The notes beneath the pieces were generated by a model that made no database searches, had not been told where the DNA came from, and worked only from the letters and a program-made list of their open reading frames with translations. This document shows positions 10,603 through 20,712 of a stretch of DNA of 64,000 nucleotides, piece by piece. The position numbers and the translations under genes were made by a program. Source of the DNA: an uncultured Desulfosarcina sp. Lineage in GTDB: Bacteria; Desulfobacterota; Desulfobacteria; Desulfobacterales; Desulfosarcinaceae. The stretch lies in contig CAXXWQ010000004.1 in NCBI GenBank assembly GCA_963674945.2, positions 1,184,001 through 1,248,000 of the forward strand. The letters run 5' to 3'. Numbering within the stretch: position 1 is the stretch's first letter; the number at the start of each line of letters is the position of its first letter.

Positions 10603-10663
10603 CAGAATCGCGCTGAACGATTTTTTTTACCCCAAAACATACTCTTTTTTTGGAACACCCGCC

Positions 10664-10679
10664 TTCATCCTTTCTTCAT
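10664..10679 (+). promoter_or_regulatory. Direct-repeat box TTCATCCTTTCTTCAT (copy 5)
   Basis: Opposite orientation to copy 4; followed 11 nt later by TATTCA; faces arnB. Confidence 0.7.
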
Positions 10680-10841
10680 ATTTGGGGTGTTATTCATTGT
10701 TCCAATCGGCGCCTTGAAACTCCTTTGAATCGAGTGTGAACCAATGAACCATCAAGGCAAGATAGCGACTATTGGAACCTCAATTACGTTGCGGAAATGG
10801 TTGTCCATTAAATTATCTCCGGTGGTAGTGAGGAGGAAATT

Positions 10842-12020
10842 TTGAAAAACGAACCGAAGCCAATGCGCAACAACTTTCTTCCATTCTCCCGCCCATCGAT
10901 TGTTGAAACGGAGATCGCAGCGGTGGCCGAGGTGCTGCGCTCCGGCTGGATCACCACCGGTCCGAAAAATGCCGAGTTCGAAGCGCGCTTTAGCGAGTAC
11001 ACGGGCTGCCGGGCGGCGGTGTGTGTCAACTCGGCCACGGCGGGCATGCACATCGCCCTCAAAGCGCTGGGCATCGGGCCGGGTGACGAGGTGATCACGC
11101 CCTCCATGACCTGGGTCTCGACGGTCAACCTGATTGTCCTGTCCGGAGCCACGCCGGTTTTCGCCGATGTGGACCGGGAGACGCTCATGGTCACCGCCCA
11201 AACCATCGAGGAAAAAATCACCGCGCGCACCCGCCTGATCGTTCCGGTACATTTTGCCGGTGCCGCGGTGGACATGGATCCCATCCGCCGGCTGGCAGTC
11301 CGGCACGGCAATATTGCAATCATCGAGGATGCAGCCCATGCCGTGGGTACCGATTACCGGGGTATACCCGTGGGCCGGACGGGCACGGCCATTTTCTCCT
11401 TTCACCCCATCAAAAATATCACCACCGGCGAAGGCGGCATGGTCTGCACCGACGACCCTGAATTCGAGGCACGCATCCGCCGTCTCAAGTTTCACGGATT
11501 GGGAGTGGATGCCTTTGATCGCGAGACCCAGGGCCGTGCGCCACAGGCCGAAGTAATCGAACCCGGCTACAAGTACAACCTGCCCGATGTCCTTGCCGTG
11601 CTGGGACTGGGCCAGTTGGCGCGGCTTGATGAAATGAACGCGAAGCGCGCGATACTGGCTGAATACTACCAGCAGCAATTGAAGGATATACCCGGAATCC
11701 GGCCCCTGGCGATTCCCGACTACCCGATAAAGCACGCCTGGCACCTGTTTATCGTGCGGGTCGATGGCAAGTCGCCGGCCTTTGACCGGGATCGGTTCAT
11801 GGCTGCGCTAAAGGCGCGCAACATCGGCACCGGCCTGCATTTCCGCGCCGTCCATCTTCAAAAATACTACCGAGATGCCTTCCCCGAAGTTGTGGGAACC
11901 CTTCCCCACACCGAATGGAACACGGCCCGCATCTGCTCGCTACCCCTTTTCCCGGACATGAGGAGAGAAGATGTGGACGATGTTGTCGATGCCATCAAGG
12001 AGGTGATGGTCGATGAGTGA
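10842..12020 (+). CDS. arnB: UDP-4-amino-4-deoxy-L-arabinose aminotransferase
   Basis: [35 protein letters not shown] (PLP lysine), PGYKYNL; GAGGAGG RBS before TTG. Confidence 0.93.
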   Translation: MKNEPKPMRNNFLPFSRPSIVETEIAAVAEVLRSGWITTGPKNAEFEARFSEYTGCRAAVCVNSATAGMHIALKALGIGPGDEVITPSMTWVSTVNLIVLSGATPVFADVDRETLMVTAQTIEEKITARTRLIVPVHFAGAAVDMDPIRRLAVRHGNIAIIEDAAHAVGTDYRGIPVGRTGTAIFSFHPIKNITTGEGGMVCTDDPEFEARIRRLKFHGLGVDAFDRETQGRAPQAEVIEPGYKYNLPDVLAVLGLGQLARLDEMNAKRAILAEYYQQQLKDIPGIRPLAIPDYPIKHAWHLFIVRVDGKSPAFDRDRFMAALKARNIGTGLHFRAVHLQKYYRDAFPEVVGTLPHTEWNTARICSLPLFPDMRREDVDDVVDAIKEVMVDE

Positions 12021-12978
12021 TTTGGCGATGCTGTCGGTGGTGATTCCCGTTTTCAACGAAGAGGCCAATCTCGACGAATTGATCCGCCGCTGTCTGGAGG
12101 CCTGCCGCAAGGCCGACCGGCCCTTTGAAATCATTATGGTGGATGACGGCAGCCGCGATCGCTCCGCCGAAATACTGGAAGCCGCGGCCACGGACCATCC
12201 GGGTGTGATCGTGGCCGTTTTCCTGAACCGCAACTACGGCCAGCATGCAGCCGTCATGGCCGGCTTCGAACAGGTGCGCGGCGACATCGTGATCACCCTG
12301 GACGCGGACCTTCAAAATCCCCCGGAGGAGATCCCGCGTCTGGCATCGACCATGGACCAGGGATTCGATGTGGTGGGCACTGTGCGGTCCAACCGCCAGG
12401 ACACCCTGTTTCGCCGGGCGTCATCGGCCCTTATCAACCGATCGATACAGAAAGCCACCGGCGTCATGATGCATGACTACGGATGTATGCTCAGAGCCTA
12501 CCGTGGCAAAATTGTGCAGGCCATGCGCATGTGCCGTGAACACAGCACCTTCATCCCGATTTTGGCCAACAGTTTTGCCCGCCACACCACCGAAATCGAG
12601 GTTGGGCACGACTCCCGCATGAATGGTAACTCCAAATACAGTTTGCCGAAGTTGATCTCCCTCATGTTCGACGTGGTGACCTCAATGACTACCTATCCCT
12701 TGCGATTGCTCAGCCTCCTGGGATCGATCGTATCGGCCATGGGCATCGGCTTCGGTTGTTTCCTGTTGTTCATGCGCCTCATTTTCGGGGCCACCTGGGC
12801 CGCCGAAGGGGTTTTCACCCTCTTTGCCATCCTGTTTATCTTTGTCGGCGTCCAGTTCGTGGGCATGGGCCTTCTGGGAGAATATCTCGGGCGGGTGTAT
12901 CACGACGTCCGTGCCCGGCCGCGCTTTTTTGTCCAGAGGGTGATCGCCGCCCATCAATGGGAGGAGGAAATGCGATGA
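12013..12978 (+). CDS. arnC: Undecaprenyl-phosphate 4-deoxy-4-formamido-L-arabinose transferase (GT2)
   Basis: [44 protein letters not shown]; two C-terminal TMs. Confidence 0.92.
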   Translation: MSDLAMLSVVIPVFNEEANLDELIRRCLEACRKADRPFEIIMVDDGSRDRSAEILEAAATDHPGVIVAVFLNRNYGQHAAVMAGFEQVRGDIVITLDADLQNPPEEIPRLASTMDQGFDVVGTVRSNRQDTLFRRASSALINRSIQKATGVMMHDYGCMLRAYRGKIVQAMRMCREHSTFIPILANSFARHTTEIEVGHDSRMNGNSKYSLPKLISLMFDVVTSMTTYPLRLLSLLGSIVSAMGIGFGCFLLFMRLIFGATWAAEGVFTLFAILFIFVGVQFVGMGLLGEYLGRVYHDVRARPRFFVQRVIAAHQWEEEMR

Positions 12979-15018
12979 AAGCGATTGTACTGGCTTATCA
13001 CAACATCGGTTGCGCCGGAATCAAGGCGCTCGTCCGCCACGGGATCGACATCACGGCGATCTTTACCCACAGGGATGATCCGGCCGAGGCGGTGTGGTTT
13101 GACTCGGTGGCCGAACTGGCGTCCAATCTCGACATCCCGGTCTTCGCCCCGGACAGCATCAATCATCCCCTGTGGGTGGAGCGCATCCGTGCCCTTAAGC
13201 CGGACATTCTCTTCTCGTTTTACTACCGGGACATGGTAAATAAGGAAGTCCTGGACGTGCCCCCCAATGGGTGTCTGAACCTGCACGGCTCGCTTCTGCC
13301 GCGTTATCGTGGCCGCTGCCCGATCAACTGGGTGCTGGTCAACGGAGAATCGGAGACTGGCGTTACGCTGCACTACATGACCCCCCGGCCCGACGACGGA
13401 GACATCGTCGGTCAACGCCGCATCCCCATCACCGACGACGACACGGCCCTGTCCCTGCATCGCAAGGCGGCTTCGGCTGCATCGGCGCTGTTGGACGACC
13501 TTTTGCCCGGCCTCATCGACGGCAGCGCCCCGCATACGCCCCAGGATAAATCCCAGGCCTCTTATTTCGACGGCCGACGACCGGTGGACGGAAAAATCGA
13601 CTGGAATCAACCGGCAGCCACGGTGAGAAATCTCGTACGCGCCGTCACCCGGCCCTATCCCGGTGCCTTCAGCCATATCGGCAACCGCCAGTGCTTCTTC
13701 TGGTCGGTTTGCGAAACCAATGCCGACAGCGGTGTACCGGGAACGATTCTCTCCGTGGCGCCGCTTACCATAAAATGCGGCCGTGGTGCCATCGAAATCC
13801 TCTCGGGGCAATGCAACGGCAGCATTACCCATAGCGGCTCGCAATTGGCCGAGGAATTGGGGTTGGTCGCCGGCATGCGCTTCGGCGGCCTCCCCAATAT
13901 CCATATCCAGAAGATACGCAAAAAATGCGTTTTAATTCTCGGCATCAACGGATTTATCGGCAACCACCTCAGCGAACGCCTTCTGGCCAGCGGAAGGTAT
14001 GAAGTCCACGGCATGGACTTGAATGCCGACTCCCTGGAGCGGCTCATGGACCACCCTGATTTTCACTTTTTGAAGGCGATATCGCCATTCACCGGGAGTG
14101 GATCGAGTACCATGTGCGCAAATGCGATATCGTCCTGCCGCTCGTGGCCATCGCCACCCCCATCGAATATGTACGCAACCCGTTGCGGGTCTTCGAGCTG
14201 GATTTCGAAGAGAACCTACGCGTGGTGCGTTACTGCGCCAAGTACGGCAAGCGGATTATCTTCCCTTCCACTTCCGAAGTCTATGGCATGTGCGCCGATG
14301 AGCGCTTTGACGAGGATCACTCTCGCCTGGTATTGGGTCCGATCCGCAAACAGCGCTGGATCTACTCGTGCAGCAAGCAGCTCCTCGACCGTGTGATCTG
14401 GGCCTATGGTGCCACCCGGTCGCTGCCCTTCACCCTGTTCCGGCCCTTCAACTGGATCGGCCCGCGCCTGGACAGCCTGGAATCGGCACGCATCGGTAGT
14501 TCGCGGGCCATCACCCAGTTGATTCTCAATCTGACCGAGGGGACCCCCATCAAGCTTGTGGACGGAGGTCGCAGATGCGCTGTTTCACCGATGTCAAGGA
14601 CGGTGTGGAGTGCCTCTTCCGGATTATCGAAAACCACGGCAATGCCTGCGACAGACGAATCTTTAATATCGGTAACCCGGACAATGAAGCGTCCATCGAA
14701 GCGCTGGCCATTATGCTCACCGACCAATTTGCGCAGCATCCCCTAAGAGACCACTTTCCGCCCCTGGCCGGCATCCGAAAGGTGGAGAGCCGCACCTATT
14801 ACGGATCCGGCTACGAGGATGTTCAGCATCGCCGACCCAACATCGAAAACGCCCGGCGGCTTCTGGACTGGACACCCCGCATCCCCCTTGAACAATCGAT
14901 CGCAGAGACCCTGAACTTTTTCCTGTGTGATGCCGCCGGCGTCAACAACCAGGCGATGCCTTCAGCGGAGGGTAGAAAAACGATCACAATGGCCCGGTCC
15001 AAGGAGGCTGTTGCGTGA
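12975..15018 (+). pseudogene. arnA: Bifunctional UDP-Ara4N formyltransferase / UDP-glucuronate decarboxylase with two -1 frameshifts (may be sequencing errors)
   Basis: ATG 12975 [30 protein letters not shown]. Frame changes at about 14070 ([13 protein letters not shown]) and about 14571 (DGG|QMRCFTD). Covered by track ORFs 12756-14396, 14114-14746 and 14575-15018. Confidence 0.88.
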
Positions 15019-15920
15019 CGGCACTCGGGTTGCGTGTGGATGCGGACACGCTAAGCGGTACCCGAAAGGGTGTGCCGACCCTGTGCCGCCTCTTCCGCCG
15101 GCATGGCATCCATGCCTCCTTTTTCTTTTCCGTGGGTCCGGACAACATGGGCCGCCACCTTTGGCGGCTGCTGCGCCCGGCGTTTCTCGTCAAGATGCTT
15201 CGTTCACGCGCCGCCAGCCTGTACGGATGGGATATCCTGCTGCGGGGGACGTTCTGGCCTGGACCGGATATCGGCTCCCATGCTGCAAAAATGATTCGTG
15301 ATGCGGCTGACGATGGCCATGAGATCGGTCTGCATGCCTGGGATCATCATGCCTGGCAGTCTCATATCGAGAAGATGGATGGGGCGGCGATCGACAAAGT
15401 GCTCCGTAACGGACTCGACCGGCTGAGCAAGATCACCGGGCGACTGCCGGAGTGCTCGGCCGCCCCGGCTTGGCGCTGTACCCCGCAGGTATTAACAAAA
15501 AAAATTGCATTCCCTTTTGTCTATAACAGCGATTGCCGCGGCCACAGTATCTTCTATCCGGTGGTAGGTGAACGGTACTTGCCCCAACCCCAGATCCCCG
15601 TCACCCTGCCCACCTATGATGAAGTGATCGACCGAAATGGGATTACGAACGCCAACTACAACGACTATCTTCTCGGCCTGATCCAACCCGGCCGCCTCAA
15701 TGTGCTGGCGATCCATGCCGAGGTGGAGGGCGGCGTCTGCGAGGGCATGTTTTCCGCGTTCTTAGACAGCGCCCTGGCCTGTGGAATCAACCCGGTTCCC
15801 TTGCGCGCACTGTTGGATACAGCCGATATCAGTCCGTCGGAGATGGTCCAAACAACCTTTGCCGGTCGTGAAGGATGGATTTCCTGCCAGCTTAAAAAAC
15901 AGAAAGCAATCCATGAATAA
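15015..15920 (+). CDS. arnD: 4-deoxy-4-formamido-L-arabinose-phosphoundecaprenol deformylase
   Basis: [44 protein letters not shown]. Confidence 0.92.
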   Translation: MTALGLRVDADTLSGTRKGVPTLCRLFRRHGIHASFFFSVGPDNMGRHLWRLLRPAFLVKMLRSRAASLYGWDILLRGTFWPGPDIGSHAAKMIRDAADDGHEIGLHAWDHHAWQSHIEKMDGAAIDKVLRNGLDRLSKITGRLPECSAAPAWRCTPQVLTKKIAFPFVYNSDCRGHSIFYPVVGERYLPQPQIPVTLPTYDEVIDRNGITNANYNDYLLGLIQPGRLNVLAIHAEVEGGVCEGMFSAFLDSALACGINPVPLRALLDTADISPSEMVQTTFAGREGWISCQLKKQKAIHE

Positions 15921-16284
15921 ATATCTACCCCTGATCATTACCGGAGTCTTGCTCAACGCTGCGGCCCAGATCGTCCTCAAGCGGGGCATGCTGGCCATTG
16001 GTAAATTCTCATTCACTATAGACAACTTGATTCCCATCGGCCTGCGGGTCGGGTCGAACCCTTTTGTATTACTCGGTATCGGTTTCTATGGTATCAGTGT
16101 TGTGGTTTGGCTACTGGTGCTTTCCCGTGTTGATGTCAGCTATGCCTACCCAATGTTGAGCATCGGTTATATTGTCGCAGCATTGGCTGGAAAAGTGTTT
16201 TTCGGAGAACCAGTGGACATCGTCCGGTGGTTAGGCATTTGTACCATCTGTTTGGGTGTATACTTGATTACGCGCACGGCATAA
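15913..16284 (+). CDS. Small DMT/EamA membrane protein, ArnE/ArnF-like flippase subunit
   Basis: ATG 15913 MNKYLPL; AQIVLK, LSRVDVSYAYP, GEPV; 123 aa, 4 TMs. Confidence 0.8.
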   Translation: MNKYLPLIITGVLLNAAAQIVLKRGMLAIGKFSFTIDNLIPIGLRVGSNPFVLLGIGFYGISVVVWLLVLSRVDVSYAYPMLSIGYIVAALAGKVFFGEPVDIVRWLGICTICLGVYLITRTA

Positions 16285-16315
16285 TTCTTATCATTAAGGA
16301 GCTAATGCCTCCATT

Positions 16316-17161
16316 GTGTATTCGGGCAAAAAGGAGCAAATCCTGTTGGAAAACACTGTATGTGTTCACAGTCAGGTTTCATGGCGGTTTGCCTGTTGGA
16401 TCGCTTTTGCCCTTTTCCTCATCTTCCCCATGCCCTGTGGTGCGGAGGGTAAAACCACCGTCGAAGCCTTTCGGCCGGGTGAACGCCTGACATTTTCCCT
16501 CAAATGGACCATCGTTCCAGCGGGTGAGGCCGTACTGGAGGTTCTTCCAAGGGAATCGGTGGCCGATTACAGTGATGCTCACCACTTCGTTCTAACGGCA
16601 CGATCCAGTGCATTTATCGATTCCATTTACAAGGTTAGGGAGCGTATCGAGTCCTGGGCTGATTCCGACATGTACCGATCGGTGAGATACCGAAAAAAAC
16701 AGATTGAAGGGGGGACAAAGCGGGATATCAACATTGTTTTCGACTGGCAGAAGATGACCGCCCAATACAGCAACTATGGAAAGATGCAGGAACCGATCCC
16801 CATTTCCGAGGGCACCCTAGATCCGCTTTCTGTATTTTATTGGGTTCGAGCCGCTACACTGGTAGCGGGCAGCCACGTTCAGCGGTTGGTGACCGATGGG
16901 AAAGAACAGGTATTGGGCGTGGCCCATGTGATTCGAAATGAACGGATAAAGGTACCTGCCGGAACCTTCGATACGGTTCTCATTGAACCGGATCTTTCCC
17001 ATGTTGGCGGGGTCTTCGAAAAGAGTCCGGACGCAAAAATTCAATTGTGGATTTCTGCGGATCATCGGCGATTGCCGATAAAACTCACGAGCAAGGTAAT
17101 CATTGGCAGTTTCACTGGAGAGTTGGTCGAGATGGTCGGGGTGGTACCTCTATCAAAGTGA
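16316..17161 (+). CDS. DUF3108-like exported protein
   Basis: Signal peptide, F.PGE.L.F, DPLS, E.I.VPAGTFDT, W.S.D..RLP; true start uncertain. Confidence 0.7.
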   Translation: MYSGKKEQILLENTVCVHSQVSWRFACWIAFALFLIFPMPCGAEGKTTVEAFRPGERLTFSLKWTIVPAGEAVLEVLPRESVADYSDAHHFVLTARSSAFIDSIYKVRERIESWADSDMYRSVRYRKKQIEGGTKRDINIVFDWQKMTAQYSNYGKMQEPIPISEGTLDPLSVFYWVRAATLVAGSHVQRLVTDGKEQVLGVAHVIRNERIKVPAGTFDTVLIEPDLSHVGGVFEKSPDAKIQLWISADHRRLPIKLTSKVIIGSFTGELVEMVGVVPLSK

Positions 17162-17454
17162 TCTTTTATTCAATGGTCCCATATCGGCCGAGCACTATTG
17201 CCAATCAGTGCTCAGTTCCTAATCAAGGTTGTCAACTCAAGACTATTTTCAGTATCCCCAATGAAAATTTTCGGTTGGCGAATCGAGATTGGATCTATTG
17301 AAAAATCTGGTGCAAGATAGATCGTATGAACCGAATTTCAGGTTTTTGCGGTACCGGACAAAAAAACACTTGGTTATGCAGGCAAGGTTTCATAAAATCA
17401 GACCACTGGCAACCTATACGTGATCACTTTGAATTTCTGACGGTGCATTAGAAA

Positions 17455-18354
17455 ATGGTAAATGATACGGAAAATCAGAAACAATCCGTGTCCCTGGTAT
17501 TGGGCAGTGGAGGTGCGCGGGGGCTGGCACACATCGGTATTATCCGATGGTTGCAGGAGAATAACTATAACATCCAGTCGGTGGCGGGCTCCTCCATGGG
17601 GGCAGTGGTGGGTGGCATTTTTGCGGCAGGGAAGCTGAGTATTTACGAGCAGTGGGTCAAGAAGTTGAGCAAAGCTGATGTACTGCTATTGCTTGACTTT
17701 TCCTTCAGCAAGTCTGGTTTGTTTAAGGGCGATCGGATTATCGAACAGCTCAAGGAGTTAATTGGTGAATGCAATATTGAAGATTTGCCCATATCATTTA
17801 CAGCCGTAGCAACAGACATCGTAGCCGGCAAGGAGGTCTGGCTCAGCCATGGGCCATTGTTCGATGCCATCCGGGCGTCTTTCGCCATACCTACCCTGTT
17901 TACACCTTATCATTACCGTGGTCGCCGGCTAGTGGACGGTGGCCTGATCGATCCCATACCCATTGCGCCAACACTCAAGGATTTAACCGATCTAACCATT
18001 GCAGTGAATTTAAATGGCACCGTACAACATCAACCGGGAGGCAGTGGCGACGATGAAATCGAAAAAAGCCAAGAGAACCACTACAGGAATCCTATCAGAA
18101 AACTCATCAAGGAACATTCTTCACGAACAAAAAGCAAAGACGATGAATGGGGCTTTTTCGATGTGATTCACCACTCTCTGGAGACCATGCAAAGCACTAT
18201 CTCACGTTTAAAACTGGCGGCCTACTCCCCGGATGTGATCATCGATATTCCCAACAATGCCTGCGGTCCCTTTGAGTTCTATAGGGCCACGGAGATGATC
18301 GAATTAGGCCGTACCATGGCTCAGAAAGCGCTGGGGGGCAGATCAACGAATTAG
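17455..18354 (+). CDS. Patatin-like phospholipase
   Basis: LGSGGARGLAHIG, GSSMG (GxSxG), DGG motifs. Confidence 0.92.
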   Translation: MVNDTENQKQSVSLVLGSGGARGLAHIGIIRWLQENNYNIQSVAGSSMGAVVGGIFAAGKLSIYEQWVKKLSKADVLLLLDFSFSKSGLFKGDRIIEQLKELIGECNIEDLPISFTAVATDIVAGKEVWLSHGPLFDAIRASFAIPTLFTPYHYRGRRLVDGGLIDPIPIAPTLKDLTDLTIAVNLNGTVQHQPGGSGDDEIEKSQENHYRNPIRKLIKEHSSRTKSKDDEWGFFDVIHHSLETMQSTISRLKLAAYSPDVIIDIPNNACGPFEFYRATEMIELGRTMAQKALGGRSTN

Positions 18355-18560
18355 TCCTTTCAGCCACTGTTATCTGCTCGTTTGCGGCAGCCATATGGGT
18401 ACTTGTTTGACCCCAACCGAAAGATTTCTTACAATCGGCCTACCTACGAATACGCGACGAGTTTTTTTTGTACAGGCAATCACATGTTTTTTTAAGGTCG
18501 CCAAAAATGTACGGCATCTTGCAATTCTGAAGATTTCACAGCAAAAAAAACATTGCTGAA

Positions 18561-19190
18561 TTAAAGGGCCATGGCCCATTTGAAAACGTTGTCCAGAAAC
18601 TTCTGGGTCTTCTTGACCACGCCGTATCCGGCATGGACCTCCGGGTCCAGGGTGGTCGCCAGAATCCGGCCTTTGAAATTTCTTGAATCCAAATAGATGA
18701 TATCACCGTCGTCCCCGTATCTCAGAAGCACTTCGGCATTGGCAGGGGCCTTGAACATGCCGTGAAAATGCCATTGCAGGTCATCGATGGTCAGGTTCTC
18801 AAACAAGGGATGCTCGGGCTTCAGTATCCGATAGGGATCCGTGACCAGTTGCCCTTTGTCCCATATACATTCCTTTGTGCCGTCCTCCTTGTATACAAAG
18901 TCCGGATACCGGTCCTCCCACTGACAGAGGGGAAGCCAGGGCCTGGTAACCTCTCCGAATGAAATCAGCAAGTTGCCCTGATTCAGAAATTCCTTGATCA
19001 TGGGTTTTGTCTGAAGCAAGACCTCCTGGTTGGATTCACGGGGAACAATCAGAACATCAAATGCCAAGATGTCCGTTGCCGGGAAATCACAGGCGTGAAT
19101 CACATGGTTTATCCATTTACCGTATTTATCGGATGTAAATAGATCATGCTGCCATTGGGAACCTGAATAAAATACACCGATCTCAGCCAT
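18561..19190 (-). CDS. Hypothetical protein, possible class I glutamine-amidotransferase-like fold; paralog of the next gene
   Basis: 209 aa; YSG...QH, FDVLIVPR..NQE, FL..G....SFGE, HPLF, HG.F, LDPEVH; overlaps its neighbour. Confidence 0.75.
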   Translation of the reverse strand: MAEIGVFYSGSQWQHDLFTSDKYGKWINHVIHACDFPATDILAFDVLIVPRESNQEVLLQTKPMIKEFLNQGNLLISFGEVTRPWLPLCQWEDRYPDFVYKEDGTKECIWDKGQLVTDPYRILKPEHPLFENLTIDDLQWHFHGMFKAPANAEVLLRYGDDGDIIYLDSRNFKGRILATTLDPEVHAGYGVVKKTQKFLDNVFKWAMAL

Positions 19191-19830
19191 TTGTTTTCCC
19201 CTTTTTGATTTTTATGGATTCCTCTTTGGCCCATCGTAAGATATTATTCAGGAGGACGTCCGCACCCTTTATCAAATGATAGGAGTGGCAGATGGCATCC
19301 AGTTGGCTGGCGGCCAGAATGACGCCCTTTGTGGAGTGCCGGTCGATATACATGACCGGATCTCCCAACATGTTGGTGACCAGAATCTCGGCCCCTTCGG
19401 GCGCAATGAAATGGCCGTGACAACACCATCCTGTCGCCCCCTTATGCCAGTGAAGGTCATCCGGTTTCAGATTATCCAGAATGACCGGATGCCTGTGATG
19501 GATCGTTAACGGCTCGTCATCCTCAGGTTTTACCCCGTCCCATGTGCAGGCGGGCAGCCACTTGTTTGTCACCTCCCCGAAGGAGATGACGATTTTCCCC
19601 GAATCCAGATACGCGGCAATTTTATCGCGTACCCGGTACAAGATCTCCTGATCCGTGCCCCTGGGCAGGATCAGCACGTCATAGACGAAAAGATTGGTTT
19701 CAGGCAGGGTGCAAACCGGCAGTATCTCCAGTCGCTTCCTGAATTTTTCCCGGTCCAGTACGCCATGCTGGTAACTTAAGCCAGAGTAAACAGCGGCCAT
19801 CCTGACTTCGGCCGGATCCATAGCATTCAT
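19183..19830 (-). CDS. Hypothetical protein, paralog of 18561-19190
   Basis: 215 aa; YSG...QH, YDVLILPR..DQE, YL..G....SFGE, WCCHGHF, LDAICH; AGGGAG RBS. Confidence 0.75.
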   Translation of the reverse strand: MNAMDPAEVRMAAVYSGLSYQHGVLDREKFRKRLEILPVCTLPETNLFVYDVLILPRGTDQEILYRVRDKIAAYLDSGKIVISFGEVTNKWLPACTWDGVKPEDDEPLTIHHRHPVILDNLKPDDLHWHKGATGWCCHGHFIAPEGAEILVTNMLGDPVMYIDRHSTKGVILAASQLDAICHSYHLIKGADVLLNNILRWAKEESIKIKKGKTNG

Positions 19831-19917
19831 TTACGTATCTCCCTTTTATCTTGGTGGAGCGGCATCTTATCATTTACTGATCCAACGCTCATATTCGTGC
19901 TGTATTTGCCAGCCCGG

Positions 19918-20712
19918 TTAACTGTTTCTCAGCGGAACGACTGTCCTGCCATCCTGGCCGTCTTGCTCAAACGAGAGAATTCTGACATTCATCTCAAATA
20001 CATTTTTCATATTCTCTTCTGTAATCACGGATGCCGGACATCCGGTCACAACGGTTTTGCCTTTTCCCATTAACAGGGCCTTATGGGAAACGGACAGGGC
20101 ATGGTCCGGAAAATGGGTGGTCATGATGGAAGCGATGTTTTTCTCCCTGGACAGCTTTTCGAGTACATCGAGAATGACCATCTGTTTGTTGAAATCCAGG
20201 TGTGAAGTGGGTTCATCAAGCAACAGCACCATGGGCTGTGCGGCCAGTGCCCGGGCGATGAGGACAAGCTGGGCCTCTCCGCCGCTCAGGTGGGGATACG
20301 GTCTATCCACCAGATGCCCGATACACAAGGTTTCAATGGCCTCCCGGGCGATTTTCTCGTCCCTGGCCGAGGGGGAAGAAAACAATCCCATATAGGGCGC
20401 TCTTCCCATGAGAACCATTTCAAATACGGTATAGGGAAAGGTCAAATCGCTGGTCTGCGCCACGTAGCCCACTTTTTTACCGATATCCATCTTTTTCAAG
20501 GTCTCCAGATTCCTGCCCCCGATCCGCACCTGCCCCTGCCTGAGACAATGCAACCCGTTGATGCATTTGAGCAGGGTGGTTTTACCGGATCCATTGGGGC
20601 CGAGAATGCTGAAAATTTCACCTTGGGCCACTGAAAAACCGATCTCCCGAAACACATATTCGCCGCCATCATATCCGAAAGCCGCATTTTCCACCTCTAT
20701 GATCATGTCCAT
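19918..20712 (-). CDS. Metal-chelate/cobalamin ABC importer ATPase (FecE/BtuD-like)
   Basis: GPNGSGKTT, LSGGE, LDEPTSHLD, TTHFPDHA. Confidence 0.92.
   Translation of the reverse strand: MDMIIEVENAAFGYDGGEYVFREIGFSVAQGEIFSILGPNGSGKTTLLKCINGLHCLRQGQVRIGGRNLETLKKMDIGKKVGYVAQTSDLTFPYTVFEMVLMGRAPYMGLFSSPSARDEKIAREAIETLCIGHLVDRPYPHLSGGEAQLVLIARALAAQPMVLLLDEPTSHLDFNKQMVILDVLEKLSREKNIASIMTTHFPDHALSVSHKALLMGKGKTVVTGCPASVITEENMKNVFEMNVRILSFEQDGQDGRTVVPLRNS

Noticed and set aside
10752..11744. Long antisense or overlapping ORFs (also 12954-13904, 26270-27352, 40278-41249, 42950-43945, 56662-58152, 58294-59577, 62547-63734)
   Set aside because: They lie opposite well-supported genes, lack motifs, and are expected shadows of GC-rich codon usage.
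17455..18354. Patatin as a CBASS effector
   Set aside because: No cyclase or other defence gene nearby; it resembles common stand-alone RssA-like patatins.
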